NCBI GenBank assembly: GCA_016870535.1
Contig: VGBK01000001.1
Location: 11,311-75,310, forward strand
DNA: 64,000 bases
Origin: Actinomycetota bacterium
Lineage (GTDB): Bacteria > Actinomycetota > Acidimicrobiia > Spongiisociales > UBA11373
Direction of reading: 5' to 3'
The position numbers were made by a program, and so were the translations under genes. Below the pieces are notes generated by a model, which was not told the DNA's origin, made no database searches, and was given only the letters and a program-made list of their open reading frames with translations. Positions 1 through 9,511 of the stretch are shown here, one piece after another. How positions within the stretch are numbered: position 1 is the first letter of the stretch; every line of letters starts with the position of its first letter.

Positions 1-157
1 TGCGGTGGCGGGCGGCGGCCTCTTCGGCGGCCGGCCGCGTGCCGTCGGTGGATCCGTCGTCGGCGACGACGATCTCCACCCCGGGTTCGGCGGAGGTGGC
101 TGCCACCACCCGGTCGATGTTGGCGGCGATCGACCCGGCCAACTGGTAGCAGGGCAT
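1..157 (-). CDS. Glycosyltransferase family 2, N-terminal fragment (gene continues beyond the window start)
   Basis: Reverse-strand translation from the ATG at 157 gives MPCYQLAGSIAANIDRVVAATSAEPGVEIVVADDGSTDGT, the typical GT2 N-terminus with the DDGSTD motif. No stop codon occurs before position 1. Confidence 0.5.
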   Translation of the reverse strand, partial: MPCYQLAGSIAANIDRVVAATSAEPGVEIVVADDGSTDGTRPAAEEAAARHR

Positions 158-256
158 CAAGATCGAGGTCCGGGCCGGCGACGGCACCCGGGCAGCCTAC
201 CGAACCGGTCGGCGGTCCGAAGCGGCGGCGCCCCCTCCCCGTACAATGGCGGGGCG

Positions 257-1606
257 ATGCAGTTGGATGCGATCTTCAAGGCCTACGACATCCGCGGCCT
301 GGTCCCCGCCCAACTCGATGAGGCCGTCGTGGAGCGCATCGGGGCCGCCTTCGCCGCCTTCAGCGGCGCGAGCCGCATCGCGGTGGGGCGGGATTGCCGG
401 CTGTCTTCGCCGTCGCTGGCCGCGGCCCTCATCGCCGGCATCGCCGGCCGGGGGACCGCGGTAGACGACCTGGGGATGATCACCACCGACATGGTGTACT
501 ACGCGGCCGGCTCGCGCCACCAGCCCGGGGCGATGGTCACCGCCTCCCACAACCCGCCGGGGTGGAACGGAATCAAGCTCTGCCTGGCCGGGGCCGCCCC
601 GGTAGGCGTCGACAGCGGCCTGCAGGAGGTGCGCCGCCTGGCGGAGGACCCGCCCCCGTCGGCTGCGGCCTCGGGGGAGGTACGGCGGGTGGACGTGCTG
701 GGGGGCTACGTGGACCACCTGCTGGGAATCGTCGAGGCGGCTCGCCTCGACGGGCTGCGGGTGGCCGCCGACGGGGGCAACGGCGTGGCCGGGGTGGCGG
801 TGCCCGCCGTGTTCGAGCGGCTGCCGGCCACTCTCATCGGGCTGTACCTGGAGCCCGACGGCCGCTTCCCGCATCACCATCCCGACCCGCTTCGCCCGGA
901 GAACCTGCGTGACCTGGAGGCGCTGATGCGCCGGGAGCAGCCCGACCTGGGGGTGGCGTTCGACGGCGACGCCGATCGTGCCTTCTTCGTGGACGACGCC
1001 CTCCTCCCGCTTCCCGGGAGCACCGTGACTGCCATTGTGGCGGAGTGGTTCCTGCGACGGGAGCCGGGTTCGACCGTGGTCCACAACCTCATCTGCAGCC
1101 GGGCGGTCGACGAGACGATCCGCCGCTCCGGGGGGGTGCCGGTGCGGTCGCGGGTCGGCCACTCCTACATCAAGGGGGTCATGAAGGAGACGGGGGCCAT
1201 CTTCGGCGGGGAGCACTCCGGGCACTACTACTACCGGGACAACTACCGGGCCGACTCGGGCATCCTGACCCTGCTGGTGCTCATGCAGGTCCTCGCCGAG
1301 GACGGCCGGCCCCTGTCGGTGTTGCGGAGGGACTTCGAGCCGTACGCCCAGTCGGGGGAGATCAACCTGCAGGTGAATGATCCGGCCGGGGCTGCCGCCG
1401 CGGTGGGAGCGTCCTTTCCCGACGGGGAGCAGGACCGGCTGGACGGGCTCACCGTCTCGTGGAGCGACCGCTGGTTCAACCTGCGGCCGTCCAACACCGA
1501 GCCCGTCCTGCGGCTCAACGTGGAAGCGCCCGACCCGGCCGGCGTCGCGGATCTGGTGGCCCGGGTGCGGGCCGCAGTGGAGGAGATAGCTCGTGCCGGT
1601 GCCTGA
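257..1606 (+). CDS. manB: Phosphomannomutase/phosphoglucomutase
   Basis: ORF 5..1606 trimmed to the ATG at 257 ([14 protein letters not shown]). It carries the TASHNP phosphoserine motif and alpha-D-phosphohexomutase architecture. The upstream part of the raw ORF is a low-complexity read-through. Confidence 0.85.
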   Translation: MQLDAIFKAYDIRGLVPAQLDEAVVERIGAAFAAFSGASRIAVGRDCRLSSPSLAAALIAGIAGRGTAVDDLGMITTDMVYYAAGSRHQPGAMVTASHNPPGWNGIKLCLAGAAPVGVDSGLQEVRRLAEDPPPSAAASGEVRRVDVLGGYVDHLLGIVEAARLDGLRVAADGGNGVAGVAVPAVFERLPATLIGLYLEPDGRFPHHHPDPLRPENLRDLEALMRREQPDLGVAFDGDADRAFFVDDALLPLPGSTVTAIVAEWFLRREPGSTVVHNLICSRAVDETIRRSGGVPVRSRVGHSYIKGVMKETGAIFGGEHSGHYYYRDNYRADSGILTLLVLMQVLAEDGRPLSVLRRDFEPYAQSGEINLQVNDPAGAAAAVGASFPDGEQDRLDGLTVSWSDRWFNLRPSNTEPVLRLNVEAPDPAGVADLVARVRAAVEEIARAGA

Positions 1607-1772
1607 GGACCTGCTGGCCATAATGGCCTGCCCGGCCTGCCACGGGGCGCTCGAGGACCGCGAGGAGGCCCTCGTCTGCACCTCCTGCGGCCTGCACTAC
1701 CCGGTGCGCGACGGGATCCCGATCATGCTCGTCGAGGAGGCCTATCGGCCGGAGGAGGACGGTGGGCGATGA
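1593..1772 (+). CDS. Trm112-like small protein (UPF0434 family)
   Basis: Small ORF below the track cutoff: (V)[49 protein letters not shown], the typical Trm112/YcaR CxxC...CxxC pattern. Its start overlaps the manB 3' end. The alternative ATG start is at 1623. Its stop overlaps the next start as ATGA. Confidence 0.6.
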   Translation: MPVPEDLLAIMACPACHGALEDREEALVCTSCGLHYPVRDGIPIMLVEEAYRPEEDGGR

Positions 1773-2776
1773 CCTCCATGCGCCACCTCATCGGGACTCT
1801 GCCCGAGCAGCTGCGCTGGGCGGCAGGGTTGCAGCCTCCGGAGGTGCCGGCCTCATCTGAGGCCCTGGTAGCGGGGATGGGCGGTTCGGGGATCGCGGGG
1901 GGCATCGCCGGCGTGGTGGCCGCCGCGGCCGGGCGCCGCGTTGGGGTGCATCGCTCCTACGGCCTTCCCGGATGGGCGGGGAGCGCCGGGCCGCTGGTGG
2001 TGGTCGTCTCCCACAGCGGCGACACCGAGGAGTCCCTGTCGGCCATCGAGGCGGCGGGGCAGCTGGGCCTGAGCCGGGCGGCGGTGACCACCGGGGGCCA
2101 CCTGGCGGCCGTCGCCGCCGCAGAGGGCATCCCCCTGGTGGTCACCCCCGGCGTTCCTCAGCCGCGGGCCGCGGTGGGCTACCTGACCGGGGCGGTGTTG
2201 CGCCTGCTCGAGGCCGCCGGGGTGGTGCCGCCGCAATCCGCCGGCCTGAACGAGGCGGCCGAGGTGGTGGAGCGGCTGCTGGACGGGGGGCACGGGGCGG
2301 CGGTGGCGCTGGCCGACGACCTGGCGTCGGCCCTGTACCACCGGCTGGTGGTGGTCTACGGGGCCGAAGGGGTGCCGGCGGTGGCCGCCTACCGCTGGAA
2401 GACCCAGATCAACGAGAACGGGAAGGCCATCGCCTACTCGTCGTCTTTCCCCGAACTCGACCACAACGAGATCGAGGCCTGGGCGGCCTACCCCGACCTG
2501 GCGCGCGACCGGGTAGGGGTGGTGTGGCTGCACGACCCGGCCGACGACCCGCGCCTCAAGCGGCGGGCCGAGGTGAGCCGCCGGCTGGTGGAGGGACGGG
2601 TAGGTCTGGCCGGGGAGGTCCACGCTCAGGGCGCGGGGCCGCTCGCCCGCCTGTTCAGCCTCACGGTGGTGGGCGACCTGGTGGCCGTCTCCCTGGCGGA
2701 GCGGGCCGGAGTGGACCCGGTGGCGGTGGACCTCATCGCCACTCTGAAGGAGCGCCTCGCCGAGGAGGCACTATGA
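1769..2776 (+). CDS. SIS-domain bifunctional phosphoglucose/phosphomannose isomerase-like protein
   Basis: 335-aa ORF with an SIS-type fold (GMGGSGIAG ... [13 protein letters not shown]). Its start is ATGA-coupled to the upstream small ORF. It sits in the conserved actinobacterial manB-X-manA-like-sahH arrangement. Confidence 0.7.
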   Translation: MTSMRHLIGTLPEQLRWAAGLQPPEVPASSEALVAGMGGSGIAGGIAGVVAAAAGRRVGVHRSYGLPGWAGSAGPLVVVVSHSGDTEESLSAIEAAGQLGLSRAAVTTGGHLAAVAAAEGIPLVVTPGVPQPRAAVGYLTGAVLRLLEAAGVVPPQSAGLNEAAEVVERLLDGGHGAAVALADDLASALYHRLVVVYGAEGVPAVAAYRWKTQINENGKAIAYSSSFPELDHNEIEAWAAYPDLARDRVGVVWLHDPADDPRLKRRAEVSRRLVEGRVGLAGEVHAQGAGPLARLFSLTVVGDLVAVSLAERAGVDPVAVDLIATLKERLAEEAL

Positions 2777-4020
2777 GGTTCGACATCGCCGATGCTTCGC
2801 TGGCCGAGGATGGGGCCCTCCGCATCGAGTGGGCGGCGCGCCGCATGCCCGTCCTGGAGGCGATCCGGCGCCGCTTCTCCGCCGACCGGCCCCTCGAGGG
2901 GATTCGGGTGGGGGCGTGCCTCCACGTCACCGCCGAGACGGCCAACCTGATGCGCGCCCTGCGCGCCGGGGGCGCCGAGGTGACGCTGTGCGCCAGCAAC
3001 CCGCTTTCCACCCAGGACGACGTGGCCGCCGCCCTGGTCGAAGAGGGGATACCGGTGCACGCGGTGCGCGGCGAGAACGCCGAGCGCTACTACCGGCACA
3101 TTCGGGCCGTCCTCGACCTGGAGCCCCAGGTGACCATGGACGACGGCGCCGACCTGGTGACCACCCTGCTCAAGGAGCGGACGGGGGGCGACCCCCTGGG
3201 CTCCACCGAGGAGACCACCACCGGGGTCCTGCGCCTGCGGGCCATGGCAGATGCCGGGGTGCTGCGCTTCCCCGTGGTGGCGGTGAACGACTCGGCCACC
3301 AAGCACCTCTTCGACAACCGCCACGGCACCGGGCAGTCGGCCCTCGACGGCATCATGCGGGCGGCCAACCTGCTCTACGCCGGGCGCACGGTGGTGGTGA
3401 TCGGCTTTGGGGACTGCGGGGTGGGCGTGGCCGCCCGGGCTCGCGGCCTGGGTGCGGCGGTGGTGGTGGTCGAGGTCGACCCGGTGCGGGCGCTGGCCGC
3501 CGCCATGGAGGGCTATCGCGTGCTTCCGGGGATCGAGGCGGCTCGCCTGGGCGACGTCTTCGTCACGGTGACCGGCAACATCCACGTGCTGCGCGCCGAG
3601 CACTTTGCCGTCATGAAGGACGGCGCCTTGCTGGCCAACGCCGGGCACTTCGACGTGGAGATCGACCTGGCGGCGCTCGAGGCAGCCGCCCGGGGCCGGC
3701 GCCGGATCCGGCCCAACCTGGAGGAGTGGCAGTTGGGCGACGGGCGGCGGCTCTACCTCGCCGCCCAGGGGCGCCTGGTGAACCTGGCGGCCGCCGAGGG
3801 GCACCCGGCCGACGTCATGGACATGTCCTTCGCCGACCAGGCCCTGGCCGCCGAGTGGCTCGTCGCCAACGCCGGCAAGCTGGAGCCGCGGGTGTACCGG
3901 CTTCCGGACTACCTCGATGCCGAGGTGGCCCGCCTCAAGCTGGAGAGCCTCGGCGGCGGCCTGGACACCCTGACCCCCGAGCAGGAGCGCTACCTGCGCA
4001 GCTGGGAGCTGGGGACCTGA
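2773..4020 (+). CDS. ahcY: Adenosylhomocysteinase
   Basis: Internal ATG at 2773 of ORF 1972..4020 gives [14 protein letters not shown]...[10 protein letters not shown]...[13 protein letters not shown]...GFGDCGVG, a full-length SAH hydrolase with an NAD-binding Rossmann fold. Its start is ATGA-coupled to the SIS gene stop. Confidence 0.9.
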   Translation: MRFDIADASLAEDGALRIEWAARRMPVLEAIRRRFSADRPLEGIRVGACLHVTAETANLMRALRAGGAEVTLCASNPLSTQDDVAAALVEEGIPVHAVRGENAERYYRHIRAVLDLEPQVTMDDGADLVTTLLKERTGGDPLGSTEETTTGVLRLRAMADAGVLRFPVVAVNDSATKHLFDNRHGTGQSALDGIMRAANLLYAGRTVVVIGFGDCGVGVAARARGLGAAVVVVEVDPVRALAAAMEGYRVLPGIEAARLGDVFVTVTGNIHVLRAEHFAVMKDGALLANAGHFDVEIDLAALEAAARGRRRIRPNLEEWQLGDGRRLYLAAQGRLVNLAAAEGHPADVMDMSFADQALAAEWLVANAGKLEPRVYRLPDYLDAEVARLKLESLGGGLDTLTPEQERYLRSWELGT

Positions 4021-4030
4021 AGTCGCGGGG

Positions 4031-5224
4031 TCAGGAGGGGCGCGGACTCGCCCGGCGGCGGCCCAACCTCGCGAAGCGGGCGCCGGCGGGCACCCGATCG
4101 ATCAGCCGGGCGGCGACCGGGGCCAGCGTGGCCATGATCAGCACGTAGGCCGCCGCCAGAGCGCCCAGCCGTCCCGGGGCACCGGCGGCCACCGCCAGGC
4201 CGGCGATGACGATCGAGAACTCGCCCCTGGCCAGGAGGGCCACCCCGGCCCGCCAGCGAGCGCGCGCCCCGAGGCCCGCTCGCCCTGCCGCCCAGTGGCC
4301 CGTGGCGAGCTTCCCGCCTGCAGTGACCGCGGCGAGGGCGAAGGCGGGAAGCAGGATTCGTGGGATCTCCCCCGGGTCTGTGGACAGGCCGAAGAACACG
4401 AAGAAGACGGCGGCGAAGAGATCCCGCAGCGGAGTCAGCAGACGGCGGGCGCGGCCGACGGCGGCGCCGGAGAGCCCAATGCCGATGAGGAAGGCGACGA
4501 CTGCGGCGGAGACCCGGAGGCTCTCGGCCGCGCTTCCCACCAGCAGGGTGATGCCCACCACGGCGAGCACGCCGACCTCATCCGACGCGGAGAACAGAAA
4601 GGCGCCGATGCGCTCGCCGTAGCGCGAGCCGAGAGCGAGGAGAGCGGCGAGCAGAGCCAGGGCTGCGGCCACCGAAGCGAAGGTACCCAGGGCAGGGCCT
4701 CCCACGGCGACAGTGAGCAGCACCGGCAGAGCCACCGCCATGGCCAGATCCTCGGTCACCGAGATGGAGAGGACCACCGGGGTCTCCCGGTTGGCCACCC
4801 AGCCGAGGTCGGCCATGATCTTCGCCATGACGCCGGTCGAGGTTATGTAGGTCACCCCTCCCAGGAATACTGAGGGCAGGATGCCCATCCCGAGCAGGAG
4901 GCCGGCGGCGACTCCGGGCGTGTAGTTCAACACGAGGTTGACCAGGCCGGCCGCCGCCGAGGTGCGCAGCCCGCTCACCAGCTCCTGCGCTGTGTACTCC
5001 AGACCGAGCATCAGCAGCAGGAGGATCACCCCGAGGCTGGCGCCGATCTCGACGAACTCCTGCGAGGTAACCAGCGGGAGCAGCCCTCCGTCGCCGAAGG
5101 CCAGGCCCCCGAGCAGGTAGAAGGGTATGGGCGACAGTCCGAGCTTCAGGGCGACCCGACCCAGTACCGCCAGCAGCAGGATCAGCCCGCCGAGTTCCAG
5201 CAGCAGTCGAGCAGTGTGACTCAC
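4031..5224 (-). CDS. Cation:proton antiporter (CPA2/Kef-type)
   Basis: Polytopic membrane protein (LLLELGGLILLLAVLGRVALKLGLSPIPFYLLGGLAFG...) typical of KefB/KhtU Na+/H+ exchanger-family proteins. Start trimmed to the GTG at 5224, immediately after the upstream stop. The N-terminal extension in the track ORF is low-complexity. Confidence 0.75.
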   Translation of the reverse strand: MSHTARLLLELGGLILLLAVLGRVALKLGLSPIPFYLLGGLAFGDGGLLPLVTSQEFVEIGASLGVILLLLMLGLEYTAQELVSGLRTSAAAGLVNLVLNYTPGVAAGLLLGMGILPSVFLGGVTYITSTGVMAKIMADLGWVANRETPVVLSISVTEDLAMAVALPVLLTVAVGGPALGTFASVAAALALLAALLALGSRYGERIGAFLFSASDEVGVLAVVGITLLVGSAAESLRVSAAVVAFLIGIGLSGAAVGRARRLLTPLRDLFAAVFFVFFGLSTDPGEIPRILLPAFALAAVTAGGKLATGHWAAGRAGLGARARWRAGVALLARGEFSIVIAGLAVAAGAPGRLGALAAAYVLIMATLAPVAARLIDRVPAGARFARLGRRRASPRPS

Positions 5225-5225
5225 C

Positions 5226-5777
5226 TCACCCCGCACGCAGCATGCCGTCGACCGCCTCGATGCCCTCGGCCGTGCCCACCACGACCAGGGTATCCCCGGC
5301 CTCCATCCGGAAGTCGGGACCGGGAGCGGGGTGGGCCTGCATCTCGCGCACCACCGCGACGACGGAAACCCCGGTTCGGGTGCGGATGTGGCCGTCGCCG
5401 ATAGTCCTGCCCGTGTAGGGAGAGTCCGCATCCAGGGTGAGCCAGTCGATGGCCAGGCCCTCTATCTCCTGGCGGAGGGCGGTCAGGTTCTCGACGATCT
5501 GAGAGCCTCCGAGGACATCGATCAGGGCACGGGTCTCGTCCTCGGTGAGGTCGAGAGTGACCCGCGCCGAGTCGGGATCTTCGGCGGCGCACAGGAACAA
5601 CTCGCGCCGTCCCGAGCGATGGTGCACCACTCCCACGCGGAGGCCCTCTTCGGTAGTGAAGTCGTAGCGCATGCCCACTCCGGGGAGCGGGGTCTGCTGG
5701 ATGGCCGTGGTCACGGAGTCGTCCTTCCAGGCTGAGGCGCCCATGATGCCACCCACCGGCCGGCGGCGGGCCGTCAC
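5226..5777 (-). CDS. Antiporter regulatory protein, KhtT-like (TrkA-C domain)
   Basis: QQTPLPGVGMRYDFTTEEGLRVGVVHHRSGRRELF ... TrkA-C-like C-terminal domain, matching the KhtT/YhaT family. The ATG at 5777 overlaps the upstream stop as ATGA. The alternative start M12 is at 5744. Confidence 0.7.
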   Translation of the reverse strand: MTARRRPVGGIMGASAWKDDSVTTAIQQTPLPGVGMRYDFTTEEGLRVGVVHHRSGRRELFLCAAEDPDSARVTLDLTEDETRALIDVLGGSQIVENLTALRQEIEGLAIDWLTLDADSPYTGRTIGDGHIRTRTGVSVVAVVREMQAHPAPGPDFRMEAGDTLVVVGTAEGIEAVDGMLRAG

Positions 5778-6259
5778 CCGGCGCGCAGGATGCCGGCGGC
5801 GGCGGCCAAGCCCTCCGGGGTGCCTACGACCACCAGGGTGTCCCCCGCCGCGATGCCGAATTCCGGACCCGGTGCGGGGTAGGTCCGGTCGTCGCGGAGC
5901 ACGGCGACCACCGACACCCCGGAGCGGGCGCGGATTCCCGCGGAAGCGAGGGTGGCGCCGGCGACGGGTGAACCGGGCACCACCTGCAGCCAGTCGAGGG
6001 AGAGGCCTTCGACGAACTCCTCGAGGCGAGCCAGCTTCTCGGTCACCCTGGAACCCCCGAGGACCTCCACCAGGGTGGGCACCTCGTCCTCCCCCAGGGT
6101 GAAGACGGGCGTCGCCTCGGCGGGGTCTCCGGCGAGACCGAGGTAGAACTCCTTGCGGCCGTCCTGGTGGTGAACCACCCCCAGACGGCGCCCCTCGCCG
6201 ATGGCGAAGTCGTAGCGCACCCCGACCCCGGGGAGAGGAGTCTGCTCCACCTGGGCCAT
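5774..6259 (-). CDS. Antiporter regulatory protein, KhtT-like paralog (TrkA-C domain)
   Basis: MAQVEQTPLPGVGVRYDFAIGEGRRLGVVHHQDGRKEFY... is about 55% identical to the downstream paralog. The GGAGGT ribosome-binding site lies 6 nt upstream of the ATG at 6259. Confidence 0.7.
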   Translation of the reverse strand: MAQVEQTPLPGVGVRYDFAIGEGRRLGVVHHQDGRKEFYLGLAGDPAEATPVFTLGEDEVPTLVEVLGGSRVTEKLARLEEFVEGLSLDWLQVVPGSPVAGATLASAGIRARSGVSVVAVLRDDRTYPAPGPEFGIAAGDTLVVVGTPEGLAAAAGILRAG

Positions 6260-6347
6260 GTGGGAACCTCCTGCCGCCGACCCCACCATCTTGGCACTCC
6301 GGCGGGCGTCTGCTGCCGGGCGCGGCCGGGCCGGACCGGGCCGCGGC

Positions 6348-8129
6348 TCAGCCTACCGGCGTCCGCAGGTCCACTACCAGGTCGCGCTCGCGCTGGGCCT
6401 GCTCGATCACCTCGACGATCTCGCGTCCCACGAGTTCGTCCCGGGCGAGCAAGGCGTCGCGCAGGGCCTCGACGAGGTGGCGGTGAGTGGTCAAGAGGGC
6501 GGCCACCTGCTCCTTCTGCTTCCGTAGCAGGTCGTCGACGGCCCGTCGGGCCTGGTCGTCGGCGAGCACCTTGGCCACCAGATTGCCGCCCAGGGGCCCG
6601 TCATCCAGGGCGCGGAAGGAGATCAGTGACCCCCCCAGGCCCATGGATCCGACGATCTCCACCGCGACGGCGGTGGCGGCAGCCAGGTCGCCGGCCGGGC
6701 CGGTGCCCGACTCCCCGAACATCATCTCCTCGGCCGCCATGCCGCCCAGGGCGATCTGAATCAGCGCCAGTGCCTCGCTGTGCCGCTTGGTGTAGCGCTC
6801 CTCCACCTCGCTGTGGGCCAGCAGGCCGAGGGCGTCCTTGCGCTTGACGATGGAGAGCAGGTCGAGCTTGCGGCCCTTGCCCACGAGGTAGGCCATGGCG
6901 GCGTGCCCCGACTCGTGGACGGCGATGGTGGCCCGCTCCTCCGGGGTGTACTCGGTGGGCTCGGCGAGGCCGATCTCCATGTCGAGGCGGGCCCGCCGCA
7001 GGTCGTCCCGGCTGAGCCGGTCGCGTCCTCCGCGCAGGGCGAAGAGAAGGGCCTCGTCGAACAGGCGCTCCAGGCTGGCCGGGGAGTAGCCCATGGTGGT
7101 GGCGGCCAGGTCGTCCCGGGCCTGGTCGTCGAGCGTCTCGTCGTGAGCCTTGCGGGTGAGGAAGTAGTCGATGAGATCCCGGCGCTGCGCTCGGGCGGGC
7201 AGGCCGAAGTGCAACACGCGGTCGAAGCGGCCGGGGCGGAGGAGAGCGGGGTCGAGGTTGTCGGCCCGGTTGGTGGCGCCGATCAACAGGATGTTGGCGA
7301 AGGGCGCTCGCCGGGCCTTGAACTGGCGGTGGGGAGGCAGGAACTTGTTGGCGAAGCGGCGCAGGGCGTTGGCCCGCTTCATGGAGCGCGGCGGCTCGTC
7401 GAAGGACTGCATCTGCACCAGCAGTTCGTTGACCACCCCGCCGGTCCCTTCGGAGACCATCGATCGCTCGGTCCTCGCCCCGTCGGCGACCATGTGGTTC
7501 ATGCCGCCGCGCCGGCCGCCGATGGCATCGAACTCCTCGATGAACCCGATGGCGCCGCCTTCTTCGCGGGCCACCTTGCGCAGGCGGCGGAAGTAGGAAC
7601 GGATCTTGCGGGCGGTGGCCCCGTACCACATGCTTTGGAAGGCCGTAGAGGAGACGAAGAGGAAGGGGACGCCGGCCTCCTTAGCCATGGCCTTGGCAGT
7701 GTGGGTCTTGCCGGTGCCGGGCGGCCCTTCGAAGAGGAGGCCGCGGCGCGGCTGGCCTCCCATGTGGTCCCGGAAGTGCTGGTGGTTGAGGAACACCTCG
7801 AGGGAGTGGCGAACCTCGGTGAGCACCGGGCCCAGGCCGATCACGTCGTCGAAGGTCACCTCAATCTGCTCGGGCAGGAAGATCACCTCGGGGGAGCGGC
7901 CGTTGCTGAGCATGGGGACCACCAGGACGACCCCCAGCAGGAGGACGATGGCGATGCCGGGGATCCAGTAGACCGCTTCTGGAGGCAGATCGGGCCAGCC
8001 GGGGGAGACGGGGTTGCCCGCGATGAGCCGTACCCACAGCCACACGACCAGGGGTGACAGGACGATGGCGATGCGGCGCAGGCGCCGCCGCCTCTGCCGT
8101 TCCCGGGTCACTTGCACGTCCAGCGGCAT
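6348..8129 (-). CDS. FtsH-family AAA+ ATP-dependent zinc metalloprotease paralog
   Basis: It has two N-terminal transmembrane helices, a Walker A motif GPPGTGKT, an AAA module with a roughly 60-aa insertion, and the M41 zinc motif HESGHA. Start set at the ATG at 8129 (MPLDVQVTRE), which has a GGAGGG ribosome-binding site. Confidence 0.8.
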   Translation of the reverse strand: MPLDVQVTRERQRRRRLRRIAIVLSPLVVWLWVRLIAGNPVSPGWPDLPPEAVYWIPGIAIVLLLGVVLVVPMLSNGRSPEVIFLPEQIEVTFDDVIGLGPVLTEVRHSLEVFLNHQHFRDHMGGQPRRGLLFEGPPGTGKTHTAKAMAKEAGVPFLFVSSTAFQSMWYGATARKIRSYFRRLRKVAREEGGAIGFIEEFDAIGGRRGGMNHMVADGARTERSMVSEGTGGVVNELLVQMQSFDEPPRSMKRANALRRFANKFLPPHRQFKARRAPFANILLIGATNRADNLDPALLRPGRFDRVLHFGLPARAQRRDLIDYFLTRKAHDETLDDQARDDLAATTMGYSPASLERLFDEALLFALRGGRDRLSRDDLRRARLDMEIGLAEPTEYTPEERATIAVHESGHAAMAYLVGKGRKLDLLSIVKRKDALGLLAHSEVEERYTKRHSEALALIQIALGGMAAEEMMFGESGTGPAGDLAAATAVAVEIVGSMGLGGSLISFRALDDGPLGGNLVAKVLADDQARRAVDDLLRKQKEQVAALLTTHRHLVEALRDALLARDELVGREIVEVIEQAQRERDLVVDLRTPVG

Positions 8130-8373
8130 GTGGTGCCCTCCGCGACTCCGTTCCCACAAGGTGTCTTCGACACTGTAACCACGGAGAGTGGTAGACGGCG
8201 GCCATATCGGCAGCGCTGGGTGTTCATTCTGCCGACAGCGGGGGACTAGTGCTCTGACCACGGACGTTCGCGCGGGTGAGCGGCGCCCCTCCTGCTCCGT
8301 CCCCCGCGTCATTGCAACCGATCACGGCAGGGCACCGGAGCGGACTCCCTCCACGAGGTTGGTGGTCACAGCA

Positions 8374-9372
8374 CTAGTCAGCGGCGGTGACTTCGTTGCC
8401 GCTGCGGTGCCCGGCGGCGAAGGCGGAGATGTTGCCCAGCGTGGTGGCCGCGATCTGCTGCATGGCCTCGACGGTGAAGAAGGCTTGATGGCCGGTCACG
8501 ATCACGTTGGGGAAGGTCAGCAGGCGGCTGAACACGTCGTCCTGGATGATCTGGTCGGAGAGGTCGGCGAAGAACAGCGACTCCTCTTCCTCGTAGACAT
8601 CCAGCCCCAGGCTGCCCACTCTGCCGGTCTTGAGGCCCTCGACGACGGCCGCCGTGTCGATCAAGCCGCCGCGGCTCGTGTTGACCAGCATGGCCCCATC
8701 GCGCATCCTCTCCAGCGCGGCCCCGTCTATGAGGTGGCGGGTGGCGGGGGTCAGCGGGCAGTGGAGGCTCACGACCTCGCTGCGCTCGAGCAACGTCGGC
8801 AGGTCCGAGTAGGCAACACCAAGGGCCTGCAGGCCCGCATCGGGGGTGATGTCGTGGGCCAGCAAGCGGCAGCCGAAGCCGTGGAGGATGCGGGACACCG
8901 CCCGGCCGATGGCGCCGGTGCCGACGATGCCGACGCTGCGCCCATGCAGTTCCCGGCCGAGGAGGCCCTCGAGCGAGAAGTTGCCTTCACGAACTCGGGC
9001 GTGCGCCCGGTGGATCTTCCGCTCCAGGGCGAGCATCAGGCCGACGGTGTGCTCGGCGATGGCGTGAGGGGAGTAGGCGGGGACGCGGGCCACGGTCAAG
9101 CCGCGCCGGGCAGCGGCCTCGAGATCGACGTTGTTGATCCCCGAGGCTCGCAGGGCGATGAGGCGCACGCCTTCGTCGGCCAAGCAGTCGATGGCCTCGG
9201 CGTCGAGGGAATCGCTGACGAAGGCGCACACGACCTCAGCGCCGTGCGCCAGGGGGGCGGTGCGGCAGTGGAGGCGCTCTTCGAAGAAGACGAGTTCGTG
9301 ACCGTGCTCGGCATTGGCCGCTTCGAGGAAGCGGCGATCGTAGGGCCGGGTGCTGAACACGGCAACGCGCAC
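8374..9372 (-). CDS. D-isomer-specific 2-hydroxyacid dehydrogenase (D-lactate dehydrogenase-like)
   Basis: VRVAVFSTRPYDRRF... with the NAD-binding GIVGTGAIGRAV motif and the catalytic R/E/H arrangement of the LdhA family. Start trimmed to the GTG at 9372. The ORF N-terminal extension overlaps the divergent comF. Confidence 0.75.
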   Translation of the reverse strand: MRVAVFSTRPYDRRFLEAANAEHGHELVFFEERLHCRTAPLAHGAEVVCAFVSDSLDAEAIDCLADEGVRLIALRASGINNVDLEAAARRGLTVARVPAYSPHAIAEHTVGLMLALERKIHRAHARVREGNFSLEGLLGRELHGRSVGIVGTGAIGRAVSRILHGFGCRLLAHDITPDAGLQALGVAYSDLPTLLERSEVVSLHCPLTPATRHLIDGAALERMRDGAMLVNTSRGGLIDTAAVVEGLKTGRVGSLGLDVYEEEESLFFADLSDQIIQDDVFSRLLTFPNVIVTGHQAFFTVEAMQQIAATTLGNISAFAAGHRSGNEVTAAD

Positions 9373-9511
9373 TTCGACGAGGGTACCGGGGCGGTGGCCG
9401 CACCCAAGCGCCCGGCTCGGCGGAGTCCGGCGCGCCTCCCGCGAGCCGTCCTTGAGGTCGGCACCCCCGACGGGGTCCGGAAATGTCGCTCCGGAGGCAT
9501 AGGTTTGCCGC

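Noticed and set aside
1972-2772. N-terminal 267 codons of the 682-aa ORF preceding ahcY
   Set aside because: This is an out-of-frame read-through of the SIS-domain gene. The AhcY homology begins only at the ATG at 2773, which is ATGA-coupled to the upstream stop.
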